Positions 24,099-35,430 of a stretch of DNA of 64,000 nucleotides are shown one piece after another. Made by a program: the position numbers and the translations under genes. The stretch is from NCBI RefSeq assembly GCF_046119375.1, contig NW_027362761.1:278256001-278320000 (forward strand). The letters are read 5' to 3'. Origin of the DNA: Phyllobates terribilis. Lineage: Eukaryota. The notes under the pieces were generated by a model. It was given only the letters and a program-made list of their open reading frames with translations, ran no database searches and was not told where the DNA came from. Each line of letters starts with the position of its first letter. Positions within the stretch are counted from its first letter, which is position 1.

Positions 24099-25619
24099 CA
24101 GTACAGACCAAAAGTTTGGACACACCTTCTCATTTAAAGATTTTTCTGTATATGTCTTATATTCTAGGTTCTTCAAAGTAGCCACCGTTTGCTTTGATGA
24201 CTGCTTTGCACACTCTTGGCATTCTCTTGATGAGCTTCAAGAGGTAGTCACCGGAAATGGTTTTCACTTCACAGGTGTGCCCTGTCAGGTTTAATCAGTG
24301 GAATTTCTTGCCTTATAAATTGGGTTGGGACCATCTGTTGTGTTGTGCAGAAGTCAGGTGGATACACAGCTGATAGTCCTACTTAATAGACTGTTAGAAT
24401 TTGTATTATGGCAAGAAAAAAGCAGCTATGTAAAGAAAAACGAGTGGCCATCATTACTTTAAGAAATAAAGGTCAGTCTGTGCGAAACATTGGGCAAACT
24501 TTGAAAGTGTCCCCAAGTGCAGTTGCAAAATCCATCAAGCGCTACAAAGAAACTGGCTCACATGAGGACCGCCCCAGGAAAGGAAGACCAAGAGTCACCT
24601 CTGCTTCTGAGGATAAGTTTATCCGAATCACTAGCCTCAGAAATCGCAGGTTAACAGCAGCTCAGATTAGAGACCAGGTCAATGCCACACAGAGTTCTAG
24701 CAGCAGACACATCTCTTCAACAACTGTTAAGAGGAGACTTTGTGCAGCAGGCATTCATGGTAAAATAGCTGCTAGGAAACCACTACTAAGGACAGGCAAC
24801 AAGCAGAAAAGACTTGTTTGGGCTAAAGAACACAAGGAATGGACATTAGACCAGTGGAAATCTGTGCTTTGGTCTGATGAGTCCAAATTTGAGATCTTTG
24901 GTTCCAACCACCGTGTCTTTGTGCGACGCAGAAAAGGTGAACGGATGGACTTTGCATGCCTGGTTCCCACCGTGAAGCATGCAGGAGGAGGTGTGATGGT
25001 GTGGGGGTGCTTTGCTGGTGACACTGTTGGGGATTTATTCAAAATTGAAGGCATACTGAACCAGCATGGCTACACAGCATCTTGCAGCGGCATGCTATTC
25101 CATCTGGTTTGCGTTTAGTTGGACCATCATTTATTTTTCAACAGGACAATGACCCCAAACACACCTCCAGGCTGTATAAGGGCTATTTGACCAAGAAGGA
25201 GAGTGATGGGGTGCTACGACAGATGACCTGGCCTCCACAGTCACCAGACCTGAACCCAATTGAGATGGTTTGGGGTGAGCTGGACCGCAGAGTGAAGGCA
25301 AAAGGGCCAACAAGTGCTAAGCATCTCTGGGAACTCCTTCAAGATTGTTGGAAGACCATTTCCGGTGACTACCTCTTGAAGCTCATCAAGAGAATGCCAA
25401 GAGTGTGCAAAGCAGTCATCGAAGCAAAAGGTGGCTACTTTGAAGAACCTAGAATATAAGACATATTTTCAGTTGTTTCACACTTTTTTGTTAAGTATAT
25501 AATTCCACATGTGTTAATTCATCGTTTTGATGCCTTCAGTGTGAATGTACAATTTTCATATTCATGAAAATACAGAAAAATCTTTAAATGAGGTGTGTCC
25601 AAACTTTTGGTCTGTACTG
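24099..25619 (+). mobile_element. Full-length Tc1-like element C, DD38E (Intruder-type spacing)
   Basis: Perfect 29-bp TIR cagtacagaccaaaagtttggacacacct in (TA)n. ORFs 24408-25118 and 25082-25459 are joined by one frameshift. There are 38 residues between D (QQDNDPKH) and E (NPIEMVW). Confidence 0.92.
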
Positions 25620-26640
25620 TATATATATATATATATATATATATTTTTTTTGTTTGTTTCTCTAAAATACAAAGGAAATGTGTCATCTTTAACTTTAGAC
25701 CTTTTAGAGATCATTCCATCTTCAACAATGCTTAACTATTCAAGACTAGAGATGAGCGTTGTTCTACTCGAACTGTTCGCCAATCTCAAATTCGAGCTGT
25801 TTTGGGCGGTGTTCGAGCCGTTCGGCGAACACGAACAATTTGATAAAAATTCGGCTGTTCGAGGTTATGTTCGATAACTGTTCGTGCACCAAAATCATAA
25901 CTGGATTTTTTCTCAGTAATGATGAAAATTAATGTTAATACGCAGTTTGAGTGTACAGCGGGGTGGGGGGAGGGGCAGGGGATGGATCTCTGCAGGAACA
26001 ATGAAGATCTCCATTTTTTTTTCTCTTTCCCGCATTTGCAGTGGGGAGGTGCAATCTGTCAGCCTATCAGCAGCGCACACACGGAGCGAAGTGCTTTTTT
26101 TCACACAAGCAAGGGCATGTGTCATTGGCAGTGTATGTCACATGTCCTTGCCCTATAAGACCAAGCCATTTTCCCCGTCGCCACCATTTTCTCACTGCTG
26201 CAGCTGCGTGTTAGACGGCACCGCTGTTGCTGTGTGCGCTATACCTTGTTAATTTCAAGCCAATTTTCGCACAAATATACAGATAGCTTGGGAGTAGGGA
26301 ATAGTTGTGATTGCAGTCCTTTTAAGGACTAGGTTACAGCATTTCCTACGACTTTTATCAGGGAGGTCTGTGCTCTTAAATAGATAGGTTGTGGGAGTAA
26401 AGACTAATTGTAATTGGAGTCCTTTTCAGGACTAGGTTACATCAGTTCCTATCATTTTTTGCCAGGCAGGTCTGTGCCAGTGCTGTGCAAGTTTTTTTCA
26501 CAGCATTTGGCTGAATCTAGCAAAGCTAATCCATTTTGGCCTATTGCAGAGTGTGTTAGTCAGTGGAGTAGCCTATCTGTGTTGCAAGATATACCACCTG
26601 TGTATAGAATACCAATTTTTTTACTGCACCTAGTGAAGTA

Positions 26641-29600
26641 AAATCTTTTGGGCATAGCATCATTCTATTAGTCCATCTATACTGACCTCCATCAGGTTGC
26701 AAATTAAAACTAATTTTTATCTGCATCTACAGTACCTCTGAAAAAATATTTGGGCTTCTAGCTGTGTGTGGGACTTGTTGTATTAGTCCATCTATACTGA
26801 CCTCCATCAGGTTGCAAACTGAATATATTTTTTTCTGCATCTACCTCTGAAAAAATATTTGGGCTTCTAGCTGTGTGTGGGACTTGTTGTATTAGTCCAT
26901 CTATACTGACCTCCATCAGGTTGCAAACTGAATATATTTTTTTCTGCATCTACCTCTGAAAAAATATTGGGCTTCTAGCTGTGTGTGGGACTTGTTGTAT
27001 TAGTCCATCTATACTGACCTCCATCAGGTTGCAAACTGAATATATTTTTTCTGCATCTACCTCTGAAAAAATATTGGGCTTCTAGCTGTGTGTGGGTCTT
27101 GTTCTATTAATCCATCTATACTGACCTCCATCAGGTTGCAAACTGAATATAATTTTTTTCTGCATCTAGCTCTGAAAAAATATTTGGCCTTCTAGCAGTG
27201 TGTCGGACTTTCTCTATTAGTCCATCTATACTGACCTCCATCAGGTTGCAAATTAAAACTAATTTTTATCTGCATCTACAGTACCTCTGAAAAAATATTT
27301 GGGCTTCTAGCTGTGTGTGGGACTTGTTGTATTAGTCCATCTATACTGACATCCATCAGGTTGCAAACTGAATATATTTTTTTCTGCATCTACCTCTGAA
27401 AAAATATTTGGCCTTCTAGCAGTGTGTGGGACTTGTTGTATTAGTCCATCTATACTGACCTCCATCAGGTTGCAAACTGAATATATTTTTTACTGCATCT
27501 ACCTCTGAAAAAATATTGGGCTTCTAGCTTTGTGTGGGTCTTGTTCTATTAATCCATCTATACTGACCTCCATCAGGTTGCAAACTGAATATAATTTTTT
27601 TCTGCATCTAGCTCTGAAAAAATATTTGGCCTTCTAGCAGTGTGTCGGACTTTCTCTATTAGTCCATCTATACTGACCTCCATCAGGTTGCAAATTAAAA
27701 ATAATTTTTATCTGCATCTACAGTACCTCTGAAAAAATATTTGAGCTTCTAGCTGTGTGTGGGACTTGTTGTATTAGTTCATCTATACTGACCTCCATCA
27801 GGTTGCAAATTAAAAATAATTTGTATCTGCATCTACAGTACCTCTGAAAAAATATTTGGGCTTCTAGCTGTGTGTGGGACTTGTTGTATTAGTCCATCTA
27901 TACTGACCTCCATCAGGTTGCAAACTGAATATATTTTTTTCTGCATCTACCTCTGAAAAAATATTTGGGCTTCTAGCTGTGTGTGGGACTTGTTGTATTA
28001 GTCCATCTATACTGACCTCCATCAGGTTGCAAATTAAAAATAATTTTTATCTGCATCTACAGTACCTCTGAAAAAATATTTGAGCTTCTAGCTGTGTGTG
28101 GGACTTGTTGTATTAGTTCATCTATACTGACCTCCATCAGGTTGCAAATTAAAAATAATTTGTATCTGCATCTACAGTACCTCTGAAAAAATATTTGGGC
28201 TTCTAGCTGTGTGTGGGACTTGTTGTATTAGTCCATCTATACTGACCTCCATCAGGTTGCAAACTGAATATATTTTTTTCTGCATCTACCTCTGAAAAAA
28301 TATTTGGGCTTCTAGCTGTGTGTGGGACTTGTTGTATTAGTCCATCTATACTGACCTCCATCAGGTTGCAAATTAAAAATAATTTGTATCTGCATCTACA
28401 GTACCTCTGAAAAAATATTTGGGCTTCTAGCTGTGTGTGGGACTTGTTGTATTAGTCCATCTATACTGACCTCCATCAGGTTGCAAATTAAAACTAATTT
28501 TTATCTGCATCTACAGTACCTCTGAAAAAATATTTGGGCTTCTAGCTGTGTGTGGGACTTGTTGTATTAGTCCATCTATACTGACCTCCATCAGGTGGCA
28601 AACTGAATATATTTTTTTCTGCATCTACCTCTGAAAAAATATTGGGCTTCTAGCTGTGTGTGGGTCTTGTTCTATTAATCCATCTATACTGACCTCCATC
28701 AGGTTGCAAACTGAATATAATTTTTTTCTGCATCTAGCTCTGAAAAAATATTTGGCCTTCTAGCAGTGTGTCGGACTTTCTCTATTAGTCCATCTATACT
28801 GACCTCCATCAGGTTGCAAATTAAAAATAATTTTTATCTGCATCTACAGTACCTCTGAAAAAATATTTGGGCTTCTAGCTGTGTGTGGGACTTGTTGTAT
28901 TAGTCCATCTATACTGACCTCCATCAGGTTGCAAACTGAATATATTTTTTTCTGCATCTACCTCTGAAAAAATATTGGGCTTCTAGCTGTGTGTGGGACT
29001 TGTTGTATTAGTCCATCTATACTGACCTCCATCAGGTTGCAAACTGAATATATTTTTTTCTGCATCTACCTCTGAAAAAATATTGGGCTTCTAGCTGTGT
29101 GTGGGTGTTGTTCTATTAATCCATCTATACAGACCTCCATCAGGTTGCAAACTGAATATAATTTTTTTCTGCATCTACCTCTGAAAAAATATTTGGCCTT
29201 GTAGCAGTGTGTCGGACTTTCTCTATTAGTCCATCTATACTGACCTCCATCAGGTTGCAAATTAAAAATAATTTTTATCTGCATCTACAGTACCTCTGAA
29301 AAAATATTTGGGCTTCTAGCTGTGTGTGGGACTTGTTGTATTAGTCCATCTATACTGACCTCCATCAGGTTGCAAATTAAAAATAATTTTTATCTGCATC
29401 TACAGTACCTCTGAAAAAATATTTGGGCTTCTAGCTGTGTGTGGGACTTGTTGTATTAGTCCATCTATACTGACCTCCATCAGGTTGCAAACTAAATATA
29501 TTATTTTCTGCATCTACCTCTGAAAAAATATTGGGCTTCTAGCTGTGTGTGGGACTTGTTGTATTAGTCCATCTATACTGACCTCCATCAGGTTGCAAAC

Positions 29601-29842
29601 TGAATATATTTTTTTCTGCATCTACCTCTGAAAAAATATTGGGCTTCTAGCTGTGTGTGGGTCTTGTTCTATTAATCCATCTATACAGACCTCCATCAGG
29701 TTGCAAACTGAATATAATTTTTTTCTGCATCTACCTCTGAAAAAATATTTGGCCTTGTAGCAGTGTGTCGGACTTTCTCTATTAGTCCATCTATACTGAC
29801 CTCCATCAGGTTGCAAACTGAATATATTTTTTCCTGCATCTA
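26641..29842. repeat. Tandem array of ~29 units of 107-115 bp inside the hAT element
   Basis: Unit ctgaaaaaatatttgggcttctagctgtgtgtgggacttgttgtattagtccatctatactgacctccatcaggttgcaaa...ctgcatctacct, with several recurring variants. Confidence 0.97.
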
Positions 29843-29958
29843 ACCCAGCCAATAGTTTTGGCCTAATACCACAGTTTGGCCACTCAGCTCTGCTCGGTTA
29901 CCATCCATTGTTTTTTTGTGCAAACAACTCCAGAGTTGTGAATTAGTTAACCACCAAA

Positions 29959-32900
29959 ATGAGTGGAAAAAGGCCTGCTGCTGGTGGAAATGGGAATAGG
30001 CGTGTTGGGAAGGGGAAAAAAGGTCGTGTCCGTGGGGTAGGTGTTAAAGCAACAGTAACATCTGCAGAAGAAAGACCATCTTCCAGCCAAACTAAAATGT
30101 CTACTTCTTTTAGCGGACAATGTGATAAGATCCCTTTCTTACGGCCACGCCAATCGCTACAAATTCCAGATGAGGCACAAAAACAGCAGGTGCTTCAACG
30201 GATATCAAGTACTCCTTTAAGTGGGCTCTCCTCCACATCAACTTCAACATCACAAATACTCCAGTCCTCAAAGGTGTCACCCAAATCGCACTTGCTTCCT
30301 CACAGCTCCCAAATCTCCAGCTGCCCGTCTGAGTATGAGGTAGAACAGATGGTTGAGTCTGCAGAGCTGTTTACTCATACTATAGCCTGGGAATCAGAGG
30401 TCGACTCCAGCGCTTCTGTGAATCCAGACGAGGAAATGATCTGCACTGATGCCCAGAATCTTTATGAGTCGGATCCAGGACCAGACGCAGAAGGTTCTGA
30501 CCATAATGTAGACCCTCATTCCCAAACTGTAACTCCTGTTGGTGGAGACAATGAGGAAGACGATGATAAGACTCAAATACCTGATTGGAGCGACAACTTT
30601 AGTTTTTTGTCAGGGCAGGAACAGGTTGGCTCTGAGGACGACGGGTGTGATAACACACAGGGTGATGATGATGAGGTTGGAGATCCCACTTACTGTCAAC
30701 CCACAGTCAGCCAAGAGATGAGGTCAGCAGAGGAGGTGGAGGAAGATGCTAGTGACGACGAGGTCAGGTTGCGCCTTCCTGGACAGAGACGTAGTACTGG
30801 AAGCACGTCAACAACTGCATCCTCAAACACAACTCTGCCTCTCACCACAAGTCGTGGTGGCTCTTCAGGTCGCATGGGTGCTAAGCCTTGCATAGCCTGG
30901 GCATTTTTTCAGATCGATAAAGATGACCCAACTCGTGTTATCTGTAACATTTGTCAGCAAAAGCTAAGTAGAGGCCAAAAAATACATAGTTTGAGTACTT
31001 CATGCATGAACCGGCACATGGACATGAAGCATAAGTTGCAGTGGGAAGCTCAGTGTGCTACAATGCGGCCTAGCCGGCCGGGCCAACCACTGTCTGCCAT
31101 ATCTTGTGCATCCGCGGCCTCTTCATCCTCTGTGACTGGGGGGACAGCAGTCACACCTGTTTTGGGGCGCAGACCTGCCACCTCTTTACCCGCAACAGCC
31201 AGCGTGATTGGCAGGTCATCATTTTCTTTGGAGGTGGTAACAGCAGCTGGTGTTGAGCGCTGTCCGACATCGATAGCACCACCTTTGGATCAAGGCAACC
31301 TAACATGTCCGCCTGCATCTTCCTCACAGACCGGCAGTTTGCCGGGGACACCCTTATCAATCCCGTCTAAGCACAATAGCCAGCCCTCGGTCCCTCAGAT
31401 GTGGACAAGTAAAAGACCATTTCCTCCTAGCCATGAGAAAGCTAAGAGGTTGAATTTCACCATCTGCAAGCTCTTGGCTACAGAAATGCTGCCTTTCCGC
31501 CTGGTGGACACAGAGGATTTTCGAGACCTTATGTCCGTCGCAGTGCCCCAGTACCAGATGCCCAGACGGCACTACTTCTCAAAGAAAGGTGTGCCTGCGC
31601 TCCACCAGCATGTCGCACACAACATCACCGCTTCTTTGAGAAACACTGTGTGTGACAGGGTGCATTTCACCACAGACACTTGGACGAGTAGGCATGGACA
31701 GGGGCGTTACATGTCGCTGACTGGGCACTGGGTAACTATGGTGACAGCAGGACAAGGGGCTGCTGTCCAAGTCTTGCCGTCCCCACGAGTTGTGCGTCAA
31801 TCCTCTTTATGTCAAAGTTCCTCCACTGCTTCTGCCTCCTCAACCTCCTCTCGGTCTTCCACCTGCACCCAAAGCCTGTCTGGTCATGCCACAAGCTTTC
31901 TAACTGCGCAGAAGGGATCCTGCACACCTCCTTACTATGCTGGCAGTAGGGCTCAACGTCATCAGGCAGTTTTTACATTGAAATGTCTGGGAAATGTGAG
32001 TCACACAGCTGAGGAGTTGTGGTCAGCTCTGGAGAACCAATTTCATGAATGGTTGTCTCCACTGGACCTGAAACCAGGGAAGGCCGTGTGCGACAATGCT
32101 GCAAACCTGGGTGCGGCCCTTCGCCGGGGCAATGTCACACACGTGCCTTGTATGGCTCACGTGTTGAACCTGGTTGTCCAGCAATTTTTAGCCCACTATC
32201 CCAGACTAGATGGCCTTCTGCAGAGGGCACGGTCGCTGTGTGCTCACTTCCGCCGTTCGCATCCCGCAGCTCAGCGACTTACATCTCTACAGAAGTCGTT
32301 GGGCCTGCCACTTCACCGGCTAAAATGCGATGTGCCTACCCGGTGGAATTCAACTCTGCACATGTTGCAGCGACTGTGGCAGCACCGACAAGCCCTGGTG
32401 CAATACGTTCTGACGTATAGCCTGGGCCAACGAGATTCAGAGGTGGGGCAAATCACGCTGGAGGAGTGGTCTCAGATCAGGGACCTATGCACCCTTCTGC
32501 ACAGTTTTGAAATGGCGACGAAGATGTTTAGTGCTGACGATGCCATTATCAGCATGACTATTCCGGTGATTTACATGCTGGAGCACATGTTAAACAGAAT
32601 TCGAAGTCAGGTGGTGGCACAAGAGGAGGTGGAGGAAGTAGAGGAGGAGGAGTTGTATGCGGAAGGGCTAACATCTGCAAGGTCCAGACGGTCGGCAGCA
32701 CCAAGGCGGCAGGCATGTGAGGGTGGGGGAGATGGTTTTACCAGGGCGCATGGTAGCAGCCAAACTAGTGAGGAAGGTGCAGGAGCCCAGGAAGAAGTGG
32801 AGGACGAACTGATGGAAGACTCATCAGATGAGGGAGACCTTGATCACATTTCTGTTGTGCGAGGTTGGGGGGAGAGGACAGAGGAAGGAAGCATGATTGT

Positions 32901-33660
32901 TACCTCGCCACCAACACAACAGGGACTTGGTGCTCCTGGATGCGCAACACACATGAGTGCCTTCTTGCTGCACTACCTGCAACATGACCCTCGAATTGTG
33001 AGAATTAGAAATAATCCTGACTACTGGGTTGCCACACTGTTAGATCCCCGGTACAAAAGTAAATTTGCAGAAATTATTCCTGCCATAGCAAGGGATGCAC
33101 GCATGCAGGAGTATCAGCAGAGACTGTTGCAGAATCTTACATGTGCTTTTCCACAAAATACCAGTGGTGCACGTAGTGAATCTCACAGTTCCAACTTGCC
33201 AACCGTGGGACCGTCAAGTGTTCAGCACTCAAACCGTAACAGAACCACAGTATCTGGTGGTAACATCAATTTTGCGGAATCATTTCACCACTTTTTTAGC
33301 CCATCCTTTGCAAGGCCACAGGAGACAAGAAGTCTGACACATAGTCAACGCCTAGAGACGATGGTACAGGAGTATCTCCAAGTAAACATTGAAGCCACGA
33401 CTGTGTCACTGGACCCTTGCTCTTTTTGGGCTTCCAATCTGGATAAATGGCCGGAGCTAGCCACTTACGCCTTGGAGATCTTGTCATGCCCCGCAGCCAG
33501 CGTTCTGTCTGAACGTGTGTTCAGCCCTGCTGGTGGTGTTCTGACAGATAAGCGCACGCGGCTCTCCACTGATAATGTAGACAGACTCACGTTCATAAAG
33601 ATGAACAAATCATGGATCCGAAACGACTTTTCTACCCCTGTGTCATCCTGGGGAGAGTAA
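29959..33660 (+). CDS. hAT transposase, 1233 aa (BED zinc finger, DDE core, C-terminal dimerisation domain)
   Basis: WAFF..CNIC..HMDMKH BED finger; TTDTW, CDNAAN, CMAH (CxxH), PTRWNST, CPAASVLSERVFS; uninterrupted ORF. Confidence 0.95.
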   Translation: MSGKRPAAGGNGNRRVGKGKKGRVRGVGVKATVTSAEERPSSSQTKMSTSFSGQCDKIPFLRPRQSLQIPDEAQKQQVLQRISSTPLSGLSSTSTSTSQILQSSKVSPKSHLLPHSSQISSCPSEYEVEQMVESAELFTHTIAWESEVDSSASVNPDEEMICTDAQNLYESDPGPDAEGSDHNVDPHSQTVTPVGGDNEEDDDKTQIPDWSDNFSFLSGQEQVGSEDDGCDNTQGDDDEVGDPTYCQPTVSQEMRSAEEVEEDASDDEVRLRLPGQRRSTGSTSTTASSNTTLPLTTSRGGSSGRMGAKPCIAWAFFQIDKDDPTRVICNICQQKLSRGQKIHSLSTSCMNRHMDMKHKLQWEAQCATMRPSRPGQPLSAISCASAASSSSVTGGTAVTPVLGRRPATSLPATASVIGRSSFSLEVVTAAGVERCPTSIAPPLDQGNLTCPPASSSQTGSLPGTPLSIPSKHNSQPSVPQMWTSKRPFPPSHEKAKRLNFTICKLLATEMLPFRLVDTEDFRDLMSVAVPQYQMPRRHYFSKKGVPALHQHVAHNITASLRNTVCDRVHFTTDTWTSRHGQGRYMSLTGHWVTMVTAGQGAAVQVLPSPRVVRQSSLCQSSSTASASSTSSRSSTCTQSLSGHATSFLTAQKGSCTPPYYAGSRAQRHQAVFTLKCLGNVSHTAEELWSALENQFHEWLSPLDLKPGKAVCDNAANLGAALRRGNVTHVPCMAHVLNLVVQQFLAHYPRLDGLLQRARSLCAHFRRSHPAAQRLTSLQKSLGLPLHRLKCDVPTRWNSTLHMLQRLWQHRQALVQYVLTYSLGQRDSEVGQITLEEWSQIRDLCTLLHSFEMATKMFSADDAIISMTIPVIYMLEHMLNRIRSQVVAQEEVEEVEEEELYAEGLTSARSRRSAAPRRQACEGGGDGFTRAHGSSQTSEEGAGAQEEVEDELMEDSSDEGDLDHISVVRGWGERTEEGSMIVTSPPTQQGLGAPGCATHMSAFLLHYLQHDPRIVRIRNNPDYWVATLLDPRYKSKFAEIIPAIARDARMQEYQQRLLQNLTCAFPQNTSGARSESHSSNLPTVGPSSVQHSNRNRTTVSGGNINFAESFHHFFSPSFARPQETRSLTHSQRLETMVQEYLQVNIEATTVSLDPCSFWASNLDKWPELATYALEILSCPAASVLSERVFSPAGGVLTDKRTRLSTDNVDRLTFIKMNKSWIRNDFSTPVSSWGE

Positions 33661-33869
33661 AAGCTTGATGATTGTTTAAAATCACCCTACCAACCGTTTT
33701 AAGCTTTCAAATTACTAATCATGTTTATCTGTATCTTGACTGGAAAATAATTTGGGCTTTGTAGCAGTGTGCAGCACTGATCCTATTAGGCCATCTATAA
33801 TAAGCTCCACCAGATTTAAAATTAAAAATAATTTTTAGCTGCATCTAGCCCGGAAAATTATTTTGGGGC

Positions 33870-33985
33870 TCCGAGATGCGCAAGACACATAAGTGCCTTC
33901 TTGCTGCACTACCTGCAGCATGACCCTCATATTGTCAGAATTCGAAGTAATCATGACTACTGGGTTGCCACACTCTTAGATCCCC
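33870..33985 (+). pseudogene. Diverged duplicate of hAT transposase segment (also 35362-35430)
   Basis: About 90% similar by eye to 32935-33050; 35362-35430 matches 33140-33210. Confidence 0.8.
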
Positions 33986-35359
33986 CAAACTTTTCGATCA
34001 ACCTTTTCATTTTAATAAAGACCAAAAAAATGGTCATTTTTGAAATTATAAGCATTGGCAGGTTGTTAGAAACTGAAATCAAACAGTTTTCAACTCAAAA
34101 CTTTATTCTAGGTGATGTTACATTTTCACATAGGACCCCTTGTTCGAAAGGAGCTTCTGAACTCTCTCGTCTATTGAATTTGTCAGGTTTTGGATGGTTT
34201 CTGCTTCAATTGTTTTGCATGAGGACAGAATACCCTCCCAGAGCTGTTGCTTAGATGTGAACTGCCTCCCGCCATCATAGACACTCCTTTTAATGATGCT
34301 CCAAAGGTTCTGAATGGGGTAGAGGTCAGGGGAGCATGGGGGTCACACCATAAGTTTGTCCCCTTTTATGCCCATATCAGCCAGAGATGCAGATGTTTTA
34401 TGTGCAGCATGAGATGGTGCATTATCATGCAGAAAAATGATCTTGCTGTGAAATACACGGTTCTTCTTCTTGAACCATGGCAGGAAGTGCTGTTTGAGAA
34501 AATCCACATACATTATGGAGTTCATCTTTAGCGCCTTCAGGGATCCTAAAGGGGCCGACAATCTCTCTCCCCATGATTCCAGCCCAAAACATTACTCCAC
34601 CTCCTCCTTGTTGGCGCTGTAGCCGTGTTTGCGTGGGGTGTCCATCAACCAGCCATCCTCCACTCCATCCATCTGGACCATCGAGCGCTGCACGGCACTC
34701 ATCCGTGAACAAAACAGTTTTGAAATCAGTCTTCATGTAATGTTTGGCCCACTGGAGCCGTTTCTGCTTGTGTGAAGTGGATAGAGGAGGTCGACAGGAT
34801 GGCGTATGCACAGCTGCAAACCTCTGAAGGACCCTGCATCTTGTTGTTCGGGGGACGTTGGAGGCACAAGCAGCTTCAAAAACTTGTCTGCTGTTATGAC
34901 AAGGCTTTTTTGCCGCTGCTCTTTCAACCTGACGTAATTGCCTGTAGGAAAGAGTCCTCAATTTGCCCTTATCAGCACGCACACGTGTGTACTGTGAATC
35001 AGCTACATACTTCTTGATTGCCAAGACACTTCATCCTGATCATCGCACAATGTTGATTGTAGTCATGCCTTGACCTAAACACTCCACAATTTGTTGCTTC
35101 TCAGCAGCCGACACATCCTTTTTCTTTCCCATTTTGGCAGAAAATGTAGGCTGCTGAATAATGTGAGAGAGCCTTCTTAAGTAGTCTTGCCTTTCATTGG
35201 ACACACCTGCCAAACTAATTAGCACAGGTGTCTGCAATTGCTTACAGTGATATAAAGAGCCCTGACACACATCACCATCAATGAGTTTAACTGACAAACA
35301 AACAAATTCTTCCCTTATCACTCCTAAACACTTTTTGCATAATAATTTGGAACACAGTG
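33986..35359 (-). mobile_element. Tc1-like DD37E (TRT-type) element, 3'-truncated and inactivated, carried inside the hAT
   Basis: 5' TIR cactgtgttccaaattattatgca at a TA. MGKKKDVS start; VLFTDE; HDNAPSH followed by 37 residues and then Q at the catalytic E position; several stops and frameshifts. Confidence 0.85.
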
Positions 35360-35430
35360 TACATGTGCTTTTCCACAAAACACCAGTGGTTCACGTAGTG
35401 AATCTTACAGTTCTAACTTGCCAACCGTGG

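Noticed and set aside
26641-29842. Regular repeat array that might suggest CRISPR
   Set aside because: Units are near-identical along their whole length, there are no unique spacers or cas genes, and the context is vertebrate. It is a tandem repeat; the short ORFs in it are repeat artefacts.
33901-34254. 117-aa ORF present in both hAT copies
   Set aside because: Chimera of the transposase duplicate fragment and antisense Tc1 3' sequence. Conservation reflects recent copying only.
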